Of a DNA stretch of 64,000 nucleotides, positions 1 to 10,603 are shown piece after piece; the first letter of the stretch is position 1; every line of letters begins with the position of its first letter. This DNA comes from Gammaproteobacteria bacterium (GTDB taxonomy: Bacteria; Pseudomonadota; Gammaproteobacteria; UBA4575): the NCBI GenBank assembly GCA_045105815.1, contig JBGCDX010000097.1, positions 4,949-68,948 of the forward strand, written 5' to 3'. The notes below the pieces were generated by a model, which worked only from the letters and a program-made list of their open reading frames with translations, was not told where the DNA came from and ran no database searches. Position numbers and translations under genes: made by a program.

Positions 1-450
1 CCTGAAATAGGTTCAACAGCACCAGACTTTGTGTTGGTCAATAAGGATTTAGAAAACGTATCGCTCTCATCTTTTCCAGGCAAGAAAAAACTTATTAGTA
101 TTGTTCCAAGTTTGGATACACCTGTGTGTGCAACGTCTACAAAAAAATTTAATGACTATGCAAAAGATCATGAAGATACTGTGATCTTGGTGGTGGCAGC
201 AGATTTACCATTTGCTATGTCACGTTTTTGTGGTGCAGAAGGTGTTGAGAATGTAATTCCTCTTTCCGTTATGCGCTCAAAAGAGTTTTCAAGTGATTAT
301 GGAGTGTTGATAGAGGATGGTCCTTTAGCAGGAATTACTGCACGTGCATTAATGGTATTGGATCAGGATAATTCTGTAGTGCATGCAGAACTAGTAAGTG
401 AAATAGCAGATGAGCCTGATTATGACGCTGCGATGCAAGCATTAGGTTAA
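1..450 (+). CDS. tpx: Thiol peroxidase Tpx (atypical 2-Cys peroxiredoxin), 5'-truncated by the window edge
   Basis: The frame is open from nt 1 (PEIGSTAPDFVLVNKDLENV...). The SLDTPVCATSTKKFN active-site block is typical of Tpx. The real start lies upstream of the window. Confidence 0.85.
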   Translation, partial: PEIGSTAPDFVLVNKDLENVSLSSFPGKKKLISIVPSLDTPVCATSTKKFNDYAKDHEDTVILVVAADLPFAMSRFCGAEGVENVIPLSVMRSKEFSSDYGVLIEDGPLAGITARALMVLDQDNSVVHAELVSEIADEPDYDAAMQALG

Positions 451-489
451 CGTTAGGCTAAGATAAAATTATCTGGAATAGATTTGGGG

Positions 490-1245
490 TTAAGCTTCAA
501 CGACTTGTGCAATCGCATATCTTGCTGATTGCGCAAGGTCTTTTCTAAGTTGATCTTCGGTTTCAAGAGGATCACAAAAAGTAACTTCCGCAATGGTGCG
601 TTTCGCGCACATAATTCTAAAAGCATGTTGAATTAAATTTGGCCCTTCTACATAGGGAATAATTGGGTCAATTCTTGCTGTGGAGTGATTATCTGATGGT
701 GGATAGCGCAAGGCCACAGGCTGTATAGAAGTTTCAGTTTCTATAGCTGCTGCAAATAATCGAGCATGAAACATCTGCACGGATGTGCCTTCAGTAGTTT
801 TCGCTTCTGGAAAAGAAGCTACGCTATGACCTGCATGTAATTTGACTTTCACTAATTCAACAGCTTCTGCTGCACCATTTTTAGAGCCACGATGGATAAA
901 TAGAGTACCTGCTTTGGCTGCAAGTGTGCCAATGATAGGCCAATTGCGAATCTCCGCTTTGGATAAGAATGAAACTGGCAATACAGAGGAAATAATTATG
1001 ATGTCTAACCATGAAATATGGTTCGCGACTACAAATGCAGGTGGGTTTATAGCAGTTCCATGAACTTGGATATCTATGCCAATTATTTCAGCACTACGAT
1101 GTAACCAATTTTGAATAATTAGATGTTGTTCTTCGCTTAAGTCATGGCTTTGTGTGCCATGCAGTTGTGTATAAGACAAATATAGCCCTTTTACGAAATG
1201 AGCTAATAGATGAATGAACCGTAAGATGCCGCGTAATGCATTCAT
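490..1245 (-). CDS. 1-acyl-sn-glycerol-3-phosphate acyltransferase family (PlsC/LPLAT-like)
   Basis: It has an HX4D motif (NHISWLD) and an FPE(A)...TEG block, both characteristic of lysophospholipid acyltransferases. Confidence 0.7.
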   Translation of the reverse strand: MNALRGILRFIHLLAHFVKGLYLSYTQLHGTQSHDLSEEQHLIIQNWLHRSAEIIGIDIQVHGTAINPPAFVVANHISWLDIIIISSVLPVSFLSKAEIRNWPIIGTLAAKAGTLFIHRGSKNGAAEAVELVKVKLHAGHSVASFPEAKTTEGTSVQMFHARLFAAAIETETSIQPVALRYPPSDNHSTARIDPIIPYVEGPNLIQHAFRIMCAKRTIAEVTFCDPLETEDQLRKDLAQSARYAIAQVVEA

Positions 1246-1267
1246 ATCTTGTAAATTATATTAGTAT

Positions 1268-3385
1268 TTAATTTATTGGTGGTTGAATGCTAGTTTCTGC
1301 AAGTATATTTTTTAGGTCAGAAAAATGTTCTACAGGTGTATCGCATTGCATGCCTTGACATACGTAAGCAGTTACACCTTCTTTGCTTGAAGGTTTATGT
1401 TTCTTTTCTGCAATGGCTGCAGGTAGATCTTCTTCATTTTCTACAATAGAAAATACCATGCGTTGTGGTGCATAACCAAGATTACATGCTTCATGCCACT
1501 TCACTAAAGATTCTTTCTCGCCGCTGAGAATAATGATTTGTGGTGGGTGTAATTGTTCTTCAAACGCATGCAGTAAGCTGTTATGGCCAAGTGGTGATTG
1601 ATGGATTGCATATGCAGAAAATTTTATCACACGCTCTGAAGCTTCAATATACTTTGGTTCGGCTAATAAATATCCAAGCCGTGCTAGTGCAAAGGCTGCA
1701 ATACCGTTTCCTGAAGGTGTAGAGTCATCACTTATTGTTTTAGGGCGTTGAATGAGCTGCTCATGATCACTCGCAGTAAAATAAAACCCACCAAGGGATG
1801 AATCTTCAAATTTCTCTAATAGCACATTCGCTATTTCACATGCCCAATTTAAGTCATCCGTATTCCAGCGAACTTGCAATATTTCTAATAAAGCATCTAG
1901 CAGGTATGCATAATCATCTAGATAAGCATCGAGGTGGGCTTTGCTTTCTTTATCTGTGGCTTTATAGGTTGCAAACAAACGTTGGTTTTTCCACATTGTA
2001 TTGCGTATAAAGTTCAATGCTCGGTCTGCGGATTTAATGTAATCATTATTATTTAAAACTCTACCGGCTATGATCATGCCGCGTACCATGAGTGCGTTCC
2101 AGCTGGTCAGAATTTTTTCGTCACGATCAGGTCGAATTCTTTTCTCTCGTTGAACAAAAAGTTTAGATTTTGCGCTTGCAAGGAGGCGGTTGAATTCAAT
2201 AATACTTAACGCTAGGTCTCCACATACTTGTTTTTCGGTTTTGAAAGTATGTAAGTGATATTGTCCTTCAAAATTAGCTACACCATCTAGCCCAAAGTGT
2301 GGCGCAAAGATCGAATATTCTTCGCTTGTTAAGAGTTTTTTAATTTCATCTTTGTCCCAGACATAATACTTGCCTTCAACGTCTTCTGAATCTGCATCTA
2401 GAGTTGAGTAATAACCACCTTCAGGAGATTGCATTTCACGTATTAACCATTCTGCAGTGCCTTCACAAGCATTTTTAAATTGCTCTGAGTAACTCAAAGA
2501 GAAAGCTTGTGCATAAAGCGCAAGTAAGGGGCCGTTGTCATACAACATTTTTTCAAAATGTGGAATCATCCAGTATTGATCTACGGAGTAGCGGCTAAAT
2601 CCTCCCCCGAGGTGATCATAGATTCCACCAGCTGCCATCTTTTCCAAACTATATATTGCTGCATGAAGTGCTCTAGGTTTGTTTGCACCATTGATCTTAT
2701 TATGTGCGTAGTAACGTAATAGGCGTTCTAAGTTTGTTGGGTGAGGGAACTTTGGAGCATTCCCAAAACCGCCATGGTCTGCATCAAAGTTTTGTTCTAA
2801 TTGCTCAACACAGGTGTCAAATATTGTTTCGGATAAATTTACCTGTGTTGGCTCAGGTTCATAGATCTTTTTTAATGCATTCTGCATAGACCGGTTTTGT
2901 GTTGTGATTTCACTGCGACGATTTTGGTAAAAATCAGAAATATGATGCAGTAGTTCTTTGAAAGAAGGTAGGCCATGCCGTGGTGTATCTGGAAAGTAGG
3001 TGCCACCAAAAAACGGTATTTGATCTTCTGGGGTTAAAAACATGGTGAGTGGCCAACCACCCGAACGCTGTGTAAGCAAAAATTGTGCGGTTTGATAAAT
3101 TTTGTCGAGGTCAGGGCGCTCTTCACGATCAATTTTAATATTGATGTAAAGTTCATTCATTATTTTTGCAGTGGCTTCATCTTCAAACGATTCATGTGCC
3201 ATTACATGACACCAATGACATGCAGAATAACCAATTGATAATAAGATGGGTTTTTTTTCATTTTTCGCACGCTTGAGTGCTTTTTCGCACCATGGATACC
3301 ATTCAACAGGATTGTTTACATGTTGCAGTAAGTAAGGACTGGTTTGGTTGTACAGATGGTTTTTATTATGTGTTGTTTTTGTCAT
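1268..3385 (-). CDS. Thioredoxin-domain protein of the DUF255/YyaL family (N-terminal thioredoxin-like domain plus a six-hairpin glycosidase-like domain)
   Basis: Length is 705 aa. The N-terminus ([22 protein letters not shown]...CHWCHVM) is the typical DUF255 thioredoxin-like start. Confidence 0.7.
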   Translation of the reverse strand: MTKTTHNKNHLYNQTSPYLLQHVNNPVEWYPWCEKALKRAKNEKKPILLSIGYSACHWCHVMAHESFEDEATAKIMNELYINIKIDREERPDLDKIYQTAQFLLTQRSGGWPLTMFLTPEDQIPFFGGTYFPDTPRHGLPSFKELLHHISDFYQNRRSEITTQNRSMQNALKKIYEPEPTQVNLSETIFDTCVEQLEQNFDADHGGFGNAPKFPHPTNLERLLRYYAHNKINGANKPRALHAAIYSLEKMAAGGIYDHLGGGFSRYSVDQYWMIPHFEKMLYDNGPLLALYAQAFSLSYSEQFKNACEGTAEWLIREMQSPEGGYYSTLDADSEDVEGKYYVWDKDEIKKLLTSEEYSIFAPHFGLDGVANFEGQYHLHTFKTEKQVCGDLALSIIEFNRLLASAKSKLFVQREKRIRPDRDEKILTSWNALMVRGMIIAGRVLNNNDYIKSADRALNFIRNTMWKNQRLFATYKATDKESKAHLDAYLDDYAYLLDALLEILQVRWNTDDLNWACEIANVLLEKFEDSSLGGFYFTASDHEQLIQRPKTISDDSTPSGNGIAAFALARLGYLLAEPKYIEASERVIKFSAYAIHQSPLGHNSLLHAFEEQLHPPQIIILSGEKESLVKWHEACNLGYAPQRMVFSIVENEEDLPAAIAEKKHKPSSKEGVTAYVCQGMQCDTPVEHFSDLKNILAETSIQPPIN

Positions 3386-3454
3386 GAGGTGTTCAATATT
3401 TATACATTATTTTGTGTGTTACTAACTAAGTCTAACTGTTGTTATAGTGTAAGT

Positions 3455-4243
3455 ATGCTGACATTTCCTGAAATCGATCCAATTATATTTGCACTTGGGC
3501 CGCTTAAGTTACGCTGGTATGGGCTTATGTATGCCATTGGCTTTTTAGGTTTTTGGTGGTTGGGTAGAATACATGCCAAGAAAGCACATACCGTTGCGCA
3601 ACCAGATGATGTTGGCGATATCTTATTTTACGGTATGTTAGGTGTGATTCTGGGTGGCCGTATTGGTTCAGTACTGTTTTATAATTTTTCATATTTTTTA
3701 GAGAACCCTTTTTATCTTTTTAAAATCTGGGAAGGGGGCATGAGTTTTCATGGTGGTCTATTGGGTGTAATCGTAGCCTTATGGATTTATCAACGCTCGA
3801 AAGGTTACGGTTTTTTACGTCTTTGTGATTTTGTTGCGCCGATGGTGCCCATCGGATTGGGTGCAGGTAGAGTAGGTAACTTTATAAATGGTGAGTTATG
3901 GGGACGTGTCACTGATGTGCCGTGGGCAATGGTTTTCCCGCATGCTGATAGTTTGCCGCGACATCCGTCGCAGTTGTACCAGGCTTTGCTAGAAGGTTTG
4001 GCTATGTTTGTTATCCTGTGGTTGTTTGCGCAAAAGCCTAGGCCAGTTGGTGCAGTATGTGGTTTATTCGTGCTTCTTTATGGTATTTTTCGGTTTATTG
4101 TGGAGTTTGTGCGTGAACCAGATGCATCAACAATTGATTGGCTTACAAGAGGGCAGTTATTATCGATACCTATGATTATGGTGGGCATCGTGACGATATG
4201 GTTAGCGTATAATAAGTTTGGAATGGCTAAGTCGAAGACTTGA
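3455..4243 (+). CDS. lgt: Prolipoprotein diacylglyceryl transferase
   Basis: MLTFPEIDPIIFALGPLKLRWYGLMYAIGF resembles the E. coli Lgt N-terminus, with multiple TM segments. The track ORF starts at 3344, but the internal ATG at 3455 fits the homologue N-terminus. Confidence 0.9.
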   Translation: MLTFPEIDPIIFALGPLKLRWYGLMYAIGFLGFWWLGRIHAKKAHTVAQPDDVGDILFYGMLGVILGGRIGSVLFYNFSYFLENPFYLFKIWEGGMSFHGGLLGVIVALWIYQRSKGYGFLRLCDFVAPMVPIGLGAGRVGNFINGELWGRVTDVPWAMVFPHADSLPRHPSQLYQALLEGLAMFVILWLFAQKPRPVGAVCGLFVLLYGIFRFIVEFVREPDASTIDWLTRGQLLSIPMIMVGIVTIWLAYNKFGMAKSKT

Positions 4244-4372
4244 TTTACCTAAATGCTTCATTTGTAAATGATCTAAAATTTATTACATATAAGTCAATAT
4301 TCATTGTACGTTTCAAAGTATTTTATCTCATCATAGAATAATTCAGAATTACGTTAATAAAAAATAAAACCG

Positions 4373-5167
4373 ATGCAACAGTATTTAGAGCTCTTAAATC
4401 ATGTATTGACCAATGGTGTTGAGAAAGGTGATCGAACCGGCACTGGAACGACTTCTGTGTTTGGTTATCAGATGCGATTTGACTTGCAAGATGGTTTTCC
4501 AATGGTCACGACTAAAAAGTTACATTTAAAATCTATTATTCACGAATTGCTATGGTTTTTACGTGGTGAGACTAATGTAGATTACTTGAATAAAAATGGT
4601 GTTTCGATCTGGAATGAGTGGGCCGATGAAAATGGCGAGCTTGGACCGGTATATGGTTCTCAATGGCGTAGTTGGCAAAATGCTAAAGGAGAAAGCATTG
4701 ATCAAATAACACAACTGATCAGCGATTTAAAAGAAAACCCATTGTCTAGACGCCACATAGTGAGCGCATGGAATGTAGGTGAGATTGATACTATGGCTTT
4801 GCCGCCGTGTCATGCTTTTTTTCAGTTCTATGTTGCTCAAGATACACTTTCATGTCAGCTCTATCAGCGCAGTGCTGATGTTTTCTTAGGTGTTCCATTC
4901 AATATTGCTTCGTATGCATTATTGCTACAAATGGTTGCGCAAGTAACGGGTTATAAAGCGGGTGAGTTTGTGCATACCTTTGGTGATGTGCATTTATATA
5001 ATAATCATATTGAACAAGCGACGAAGCAATTAAGTCGTTCACCATTTGCACTACCGATCATGAAAATTAATCCTGATGTTCAATCAATATTTGACTTTAA
5101 ATTCGAAGACTTTGAATTACAGGATTATAAGTATCATGAACACATCGCTGCACCTGTTGCAGTATAG
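4373..5167 (+). CDS. thyA: Thymidylate synthase
   Basis: [12 protein letters not shown]...GDRTGTGT...FGYQMRF is nearly collinear with E. coli ThyA, 264 aa. lgt-thyA synteny matches E. coli. Confidence 0.95.
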   Translation: MQQYLELLNHVLTNGVEKGDRTGTGTTSVFGYQMRFDLQDGFPMVTTKKLHLKSIIHELLWFLRGETNVDYLNKNGVSIWNEWADENGELGPVYGSQWRSWQNAKGESIDQITQLISDLKENPLSRRHIVSAWNVGEIDTMALPPCHAFFQFYVAQDTLSCQLYQRSADVFLGVPFNIASYALLLQMVAQVTGYKAGEFVHTFGDVHLYNNHIEQATKQLSRSPFALPIMKINPDVQSIFDFKFEDFELQDYKYHEHIAAPVAV

Positions 5168-5179
5168 AAAGTTATATTT

Positions 5180-5662
5180 ATGGAAATAGCAATCATTGTA
5201 GCGATGACACCTCATGGTTTGATTGGTATAGATAATAAAATTCCTTGGTATTTGCCAGCAGATCTGCAGCGGTTTAAAAAAATCACTATGGGTCATCCTA
5301 TAATTATGGGGCGCAAAACGTTTGAGTCTTTGCCTGGTTTGCTGCCTGGCCGGCAACATTTTGTGTTGACACGCAATCCAAATTATATTGCAGAGGGTTG
5401 CACGGTTATCACCAACTGGGCCCAGCTTGAGATTCTAATTGATGGCAGAGCATTTGTAATAGGTGGGGCGGATATTTACAACTATGCATTACCTATAGCT
5501 AAGCATCTATATACAACTATCGTGTATGCCGAATTAGAAGGGGATACTTATTTCCCTGCATGGGAAAAAGAGGAATGGCAAGAAGTGGAACGAGAGTTTC
5601 GTGCTAGAGATGAAAAAAACAAATTTGATGTGGATAATATTTTATACCAACGAATTGCGTAA
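5180..5662 (+). CDS. folA: Dihydrofolate reductase
   Basis: 160 aa with IPWYLPADLQRFKKITMGHPIIMGRKTFESLPG..LPGR and GGADIY motifs. Confidence 0.9.
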   Translation: MEIAIIVAMTPHGLIGIDNKIPWYLPADLQRFKKITMGHPIIMGRKTFESLPGLLPGRQHFVLTRNPNYIAEGCTVITNWAQLEILIDGRAFVIGGADIYNYALPIAKHLYTTIVYAELEGDTYFPAWEKEEWQEVEREFRARDEKNKFDVDNILYQRIA

Positions 5663-5680
5663 TGTGAAAATAGTGATGTA

Positions 5681-6175
5681 ATGATTAAAATATTAGTTAA
5701 AACAATTCTGTTTTTTGTGATTGGATCCATGATGGTTGGTGTGGTGTATGCAGAAAAGCCAAGTGATGCACACGCATTACAAGATGTTGAGGTTGGCAAG
5801 GTAGTCTGGGATGTATTGGCGAGTAGGCCTGAGCGGTTATTATTTTATCTAAAATTAATTGATGAAACTTACAATGATTTGGTTCGACAAGATGTTGAGC
5901 CAGATATGGTTTTTATTTTTCATGGTCGCGCATTACAACTGATAAAATTAGCAAAAGTTGATTTCCTGCCTAAAGATAAGCGATCTCACCAAGAGGCATT
6001 GGCTTTAATTAGTGACTTAAATGCCAGGCCTGGTGTGCGGATGGAGGCATGCTCGATTTCAGCACGTATGCAAGATATTGACGGCATCATTTCAGATGTG
6101 AAGATGGTAGGAAATACCTATGTGTCACTGATTGGTTATCAATCTAAGGGTTATTCGGTTATCCCTGTGCACTAG
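5681..6175 (+). CDS. Exported hypothetical protein, possibly a DsrE/DsrF-like fold
   Basis: N-terminal signal peptide, 164 aa. It is inserted between folA and apaH, which are adjacent in E. coli. The family assignment is only weak similarity from memory. Confidence 0.35.
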   Translation: MIKILVKTILFFVIGSMMVGVVYAEKPSDAHALQDVEVGKVVWDVLASRPERLLFYLKLIDETYNDLVRQDVEPDMVFIFHGRALQLIKLAKVDFLPKDKRSHQEALALISDLNARPGVRMEACSISARMQDIDGIISDVKMVGNTYVSLIGYQSKGYSVIPVH

Positions 6176-6208
6176 GGCGAATTAACTTTACGATTTCGAT
6201 TATACGTT

Positions 6209-7048
6209 TTAGATCTTTCTAGGGATTTCTTTTTTTGCCACACAATCTACCTGATAGACAGTTAATTTATCTATATCAATCTTAACCGCAGTTAATGCCC
6301 CTCCCCATAAACATCCTGTGTCGGTAGAGATGACATTGTGATCATTTATATGGCCTAAAGTAGACCAGTGACCAAATACCACTGTAGTGTCTTGGCTTTT
6401 GCGTGAAGTTATTTCATACCATGGCTTCATTTTTGCACTTTGTGTTCCGGGTGTATTTTTATCTGTAAAGCTCATTACGCCTTTGTTTGTGCAATATCGT
6501 ATACGTGTCATAAAGTTTGTAATGGCTCTTAATCGGTTCCAGCCTTTGAGTCTTCCGTCCCATTGGTCAGGTTTGTCCCCATACATGTTATAGAGGAAGT
6601 CTTTATATTTTTTTGAACGTAGTGTTACTTCAACCTCTTTAGCGTAGCGTATAGAATCCTTAATGGACCACTGTGGAGCAAGGCCAGCATGCACCATGGC
6701 AAAGTTGAGTTGTTTGTTGTATATCATGAGTGGTTGGTGCCTTAGCCATTCCACAAGCTGGTTTAAGTCTTTAGCTTGTAAGACTGGATATAAACTACTA
6801 GTTGTTGTTATTTCTTTAGCACCGGCATGTGCAGCGAGTAGGTGTAGGTCATGATTACCTAGTACAGTTAAAGCAGAATTTCCTAATGATTTTACCCAAC
6901 GTAATGTTTCGAGTGATTTGGGTCCACGATTAACGAGGTCACCAACAAACCACAATTGATCTTTCTTAGGATTGAACGAAATGTAACTAACAAGCTCTTG
7001 CAGCTCATCATAACAACCTTGCACGTCTCCAATTGCATATACTGCCAT
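6209..7048 (-). CDS. apaH: Bis(5'-nucleosyl)-tetraphosphatase (symmetrical)
   Basis: MAVYAIGDVQGCYDEL...GDLVNRGP...GNHD are the metallophosphatase signature motifs. Synteny with apaG-rsmA-pdxA. Confidence 0.9.
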   Translation of the reverse strand: MAVYAIGDVQGCYDELQELVSYISFNPKKDQLWFVGDLVNRGPKSLETLRWVKSLGNSALTVLGNHDLHLLAAHAGAKEITTTSSLYPVLQAKDLNQLVEWLRHQPLMIYNKQLNFAMVHAGLAPQWSIKDSIRYAKEVEVTLRSKKYKDFLYNMYGDKPDQWDGRLKGWNRLRAITNFMTRIRYCTNKGVMSFTDKNTPGTQSAKMKPWYEITSRKSQDTTVVFGHWSTLGHINDHNVISTDTGCLWGGALTAVKIDIDKLTVYQVDCVAKKEIPRKI

Positions 7049-7178
7049 GTAAAACCATGCCCATAAAATTTCATGTAAGTTCTAGCTCATGAATTAGCTA
7101 AAACTTGCAAAGTAAAAATATTAAACTGAACTGTATATTAGCTTTGGTCTAAGCTGAATGTATAGATAGATAAACTTT

Positions 7179-7562
7179 TTAGTGTAATACGCGCGGAGCG
7201 GCGAGGGTGAATGCATTTATGGGTGCATCAAACTCTGTGCCATCATCAGCTAGCATTTGATAGGTGCCTTGCATAGTGCCAACAGGGGTTTCTAACATGG
7301 TGCCACTAGTGTATTGAAAGGCTTCACCAGGTCGTAAATATGGCTGTTCACCTACTACGCCTTCGCCTTTTACTTCTTGTATTTTACCGTTAGAGTCTGT
7401 AATCAGCCAATGACGTGTAACCAATTTTGCTGGCACGTGGCCGGCATTGTGAATGGTCACAGTGTAGGCAAATACAAATCGACTTTCACCTTCATCGGAC
7501 TGAGCTTCTATATAAGAGGTGTCTACACTTACGTCTATTTCGTGATTATTTTGATCTTCCAT
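7179..7562 (-). CDS. apaG: ApaG (DUF525) protein
   Basis: 127 aa, position conserved between apaH and rsmA, typical ApaG length and composition. Confidence 0.85.
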   Translation of the reverse strand: MEDQNNHEIDVSVDTSYIEAQSDEGESRFVFAYTVTIHNAGHVPAKLVTRHWLITDSNGKIQEVKGEGVVGEQPYLRPGEAFQYTSGTMLETPVGTMQGTYQMLADDGTEFDAPINAFTLAAPRVLH

Positions 7563-7688
7563 GTTTGTAATTATACCTAGTTATTATTAAAAAACTCGGA
7601 TGTAGCTAACAGAAATTTACTGATTAGTTATTAACCACCCTTATATAGGTCTATTACTATTAGGCAGCATAAGGTCTAAAAGATTCAG

Positions 7689-8498
7689 TTAGTTGTCTAA
7701 TCTGGTCTGCTGGCTTGTTGATTGTGCTAACTCATTGGAAAGTGATATGTATTGTTGAATAGAAATTTCTTGGGGACGTTGAATCGCGCGGATATTTGCT
7801 TTAGTCAACTGTTCTTCTGTGACGACTTTGGAGAGGCTGTTTTTAATTGTTTTTCGGCGTTGTTGAAAAGCGGTTTCGATCAATTTGGCAAATAATACTT
7901 TATCTTTGATTTGATGTTGAAATTCATTAGTTGGTTTGAGACGCATAAAGCTTGAGTTCACTTTAGGGGGTGGAGTAAATTCATTTGGGCTGATGTCAAA
8001 TAAGCTTTCAACTCTATAACTCGCTTGGATCATGATGCTTAAGCGGCTGTAATTAGATTCGCTGACCAAAGCGGTAATACGATCTACAACTTCTTTTTGC
8101 AGCATGAAGTGCATATCAATAATACAGTCTGAAAATTTGAGCAGATGAAACAAGAGTGGTGTTGAAATATTGTAGGGAAGATTGCCAAATATTCGAATCG
8201 GCTTATTATGGTTAGCAAGCTTATTGAAATCAAAACGAAGCACATCACCTAGATGAATTTCTAGGGTGCCGATATTTTTGCATTGTTCTGCAACTTCCTT
8301 GGCTATATCACGATCTATTTCTATAGCATGCAGGTGGCCTACGTTTTTTAATATGGGAACTGATATGGCGCCGCGACCTGGACCAATCTCAATTAATCTA
8401 TCATCTTTTTTAGGATGAATAACTTTTACAATGTTGTTTATGGTGTTTGGGTTGCTTAGTAGATGTTGACCAAAGCGTTTGCGTAACGGTCTAGTCAT
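7689..8498 (-). CDS. rsmA: 16S rRNA (adenine1518/1519-N6)-dimethyltransferase
   Basis: FGQHLL...IEIGPGRGA is a SAM-binding motif. 269 aa. Sits in the ksgA position of the conserved cluster. Confidence 0.9.
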   Translation of the reverse strand: MTRPLRKRFGQHLLSNPNTINNIVKVIHPKKDDRLIEIGPGRGAISVPILKNVGHLHAIEIDRDIAKEVAEQCKNIGTLEIHLGDVLRFDFNKLANHNKPIRIFGNLPYNISTPLLFHLLKFSDCIIDMHFMLQKEVVDRITALVSESNYSRLSIMIQASYRVESLFDISPNEFTPPPKVNSSFMRLKPTNEFQHQIKDKVLFAKLIETAFQQRRKTIKNSLSKVVTEEQLTKANIRAIQRPQEISIQQYISLSNELAQSTSQQTRLDN

Positions 8499-8564
8499 AT
8501 GGATACTTTAATTGGTTTTCTAAGAGCAGCTTTAATGGTTTTGATATATATATGCTGAGACTAC

Positions 8565-9140
8565 TTAATTATTTAAAATTTCTGGCACGTCTTCCACTGG
8601 AGTTATCTCACTGATAGGCTCTGATGGTTGCTTAGTTTCTACAGGTGTAGTGGGTAGTTGTTCAGTGCTGGTTGTAGATAAATCTTTTAATGCATAGGTG
8701 CAAATTATTTCATAATCATTTGCTTCGCTAGCCCTTGCAAGTGCAAGAGTGATCGTAACATTGGGATGATATAACAGTAACAACTCATTAGCTTTCAAGG
8801 CTTCTGAAGTGTTGGAATCTGCAATCACTCCAAAGCTAATATCTAAACTTTCGCCAATTTGATCCGCAATAGAGCGAAGAGCAGATAGGGCAGTGTTGTT
8901 TTCTCTTAACTTAACTTGGCCTAGATAGGCTACCCCCAAAGCTGCCGCATCATTAGTGATTTCAAGTTTGCGTGCATCTACAGATAAAGGTTGAAATTTA
9001 AAAGTAACTGTATTTGCTTGTACAAGATCAAAGCGTTCATTGCTTTTAAGGGTAATGGTTTGATCTTCTAAGCCAGATGCATTTACCAACGATACAGATG
9101 AGACTATAAGCAGTAAAAATATTTTTATTTTAAATTTCAT
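8565..9140 (-). CDS. Exported hypothetical protein with a Thr/Pro/Glu-rich C-terminal tail
   Basis: Signal peptide (MKFKIKIFLLLIVSSVSLVNA). No family recognised. Inserted between rsmA and pdxA. Confidence 0.45.
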   Translation of the reverse strand: MKFKIKIFLLLIVSSVSLVNASGLEDQTITLKSNERFDLVQANTVTFKFQPLSVDARKLEITNDAAALGVAYLGQVKLRENNTALSALRSIADQIGESLDISFGVIADSNTSEALKANELLLLYHPNVTITLALARASEANDYEIICTYALKDLSTTSTEQLPTTPVETKQPSEPISEITPVEDVPEILNN

Positions 9141-9157
9141 AATTTTTTAATATTAGA

Positions 9158-9532
9158 TTAAACAACTTTTTCAGCGCCATAATAAACGTCTTCTATATTT
9201 AGCACTAATGCACCTTTGCCGGGAAATTTAGGATCCAACCATATTTTCATGTCATCATAAATGGGGCCATCTTCATAATACTCCAATGTTCCTTTAACTT
9301 GGTAGGACTCTCGTTCAGGCGCAATGTAAAGTAATGCACCTTTGCTACCTAGTTTTATATTTTCTAAAGTCTTACTGAATGCATTATTAGCAATAACGAA
9401 TTGCTCATCGTTAATTAGTTTTACGCAGATCACCCATATTGAGTTTGCAATATTATTGTTGGTTGTGGTGAAAACCATTCTTTCATCATGTTGTTGCCAG
9501 GCTTGTAATGCTTCCGGTGTGAGTTTGGCCAT
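9158..9532 (-). CDS. Pyridoxamine 5'-phosphate oxidase-like FMN-binding split-barrel protein
   Basis: 124 aa with the composition of the small PNPOx-like (general stress protein 26-type) family. Immediately downstream of pdxA. Confidence 0.45.
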   Translation of the reverse strand: MAKLTPEALQAWQQHDERMVFTTTNNNIANSIWVICVKLINDEQFVIANNAFSKTLENIKLGSKGALLYIAPERESYQVKGTLEYYEDGPIYDDMKIWLDPKFPGKGALVLNIEDVYYGAEKVV

Positions 9533-9547
9533 GTTTTAGTCCTATGT

Positions 9548-10561
9548 TTACTGTGATGTTTTTTTGCTTAATTTTGCAGCTAAATTAACTGCTGCAAGAA
9601 GGCTACTTTCATCAGCAATACCTTGTCCAGCAATATCTAGTGCTGTGCCGTGGTCAACTGAAGTGCGAATAATCGGCAAGCCTAATGTTACGTTAATTAC
9701 TTCTCCAAAGCCTTGATGTTTGATTACAGGTAGACCTTGGTCATGATACATGGCAAGAACAGCGTCTTTACCTCTAAGTTTTTGCTGAGTAAATGCAGTA
9801 TCTGCTGGAAGCGGGCCATCTAGGTTCATGCCCAGTTGGCGTAATCGCTCAAGGGTTGGGATAATAATTTCGTTTTCTTCTTTTCCTAAGTGCCCACCTT
9901 CACCTGCGTGAGGGTTTAGACCACATACCGCTATACAGGGATTTGTTATGCCAAATCTGTTTATGAGATCATGTTGTAATACTTCCAAGACTCTTGTAAT
10001 GCGCTCTGCAGTAATATTTGCAGCAACTTTGCTGATAGGTAAATGAGTGGTTACTAAGGCTACTCGCAGATAGGAGTCTGAGATTTTATCTAAAGTTTCA
10101 TTAGCAAGTAACATCACTGGGTGCCCACCTGTTTTATTAGCAATGTATTCTGTGTGCCCTGAAAAAGAAATGCCGGCATCGTTGATAATGCTTTTTTGCA
10201 CTGGTGCTGTGGTTAAGGCACTTAATTTTTTGTTAGAAATTAATTCTACGGCTGTATCAAGAGTTTTAATAACATATGCAGCGTTATTTTTATTTAGCTG
10301 ACCAGAAACTACAGGTTCGGGTAAATCTACATCAATAACTTTTAGTGTGCCTGCGGTATGTGAATTTGATTCTGAGTGTGCATCAAAGGCTTTAAAATTT
10401 ATTGCCAACCCAAGTTGGTTGGCTTGATCACGCAGCATTCCCAGATTTGCGATGGCTACAATTTCAAAATTAAATGCGTGCTTTGCAAGCTTAAGCGTTA
10501 ATTCTGGGCCAATGCCTGCGGGTTCCCCTGGAGTGACTGCAATACAGGTATTATTTTGCAT
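9548..10561 (-). CDS. pdxA: 4-hydroxythreonine-4-phosphate dehydrogenase
   Basis: 337 aa, PdxA-like throughout (GEPAGIGPEL, HGTALDIAG). Conserved surA-pdxA adjacency. Confidence 0.9.
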   Translation of the reverse strand: MQNNTCIAVTPGEPAGIGPELTLKLAKHAFNFEIVAIANLGMLRDQANQLGLAINFKAFDAHSESNSHTAGTLKVIDVDLPEPVVSGQLNKNNAAYVIKTLDTAVELISNKKLSALTTAPVQKSIINDAGISFSGHTEYIANKTGGHPVMLLANETLDKISDSYLRVALVTTHLPISKVAANITAERITRVLEVLQHDLINRFGITNPCIAVCGLNPHAGEGGHLGKEENEIIIPTLERLRQLGMNLDGPLPADTAFTQQKLRGKDAVLAMYHDQGLPVIKHQGFGEVINVTLGLPIIRTSVDHGTALDIAGQGIADESSLLAAVNLAAKLSKKTSQ

Positions 10562-10603
10562 TTATCTGGGACCTTACGAGGCAAAAGTTGCAAGTTTGAT
10601 AGC

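Noticed and set aside
842-2889. Short plus-strand ORFs inside the PlsC-like and YyaL-like genes
   Set aside because: They are embedded antisense to the longer homologous CDSs on the minus strand and have no independent support.
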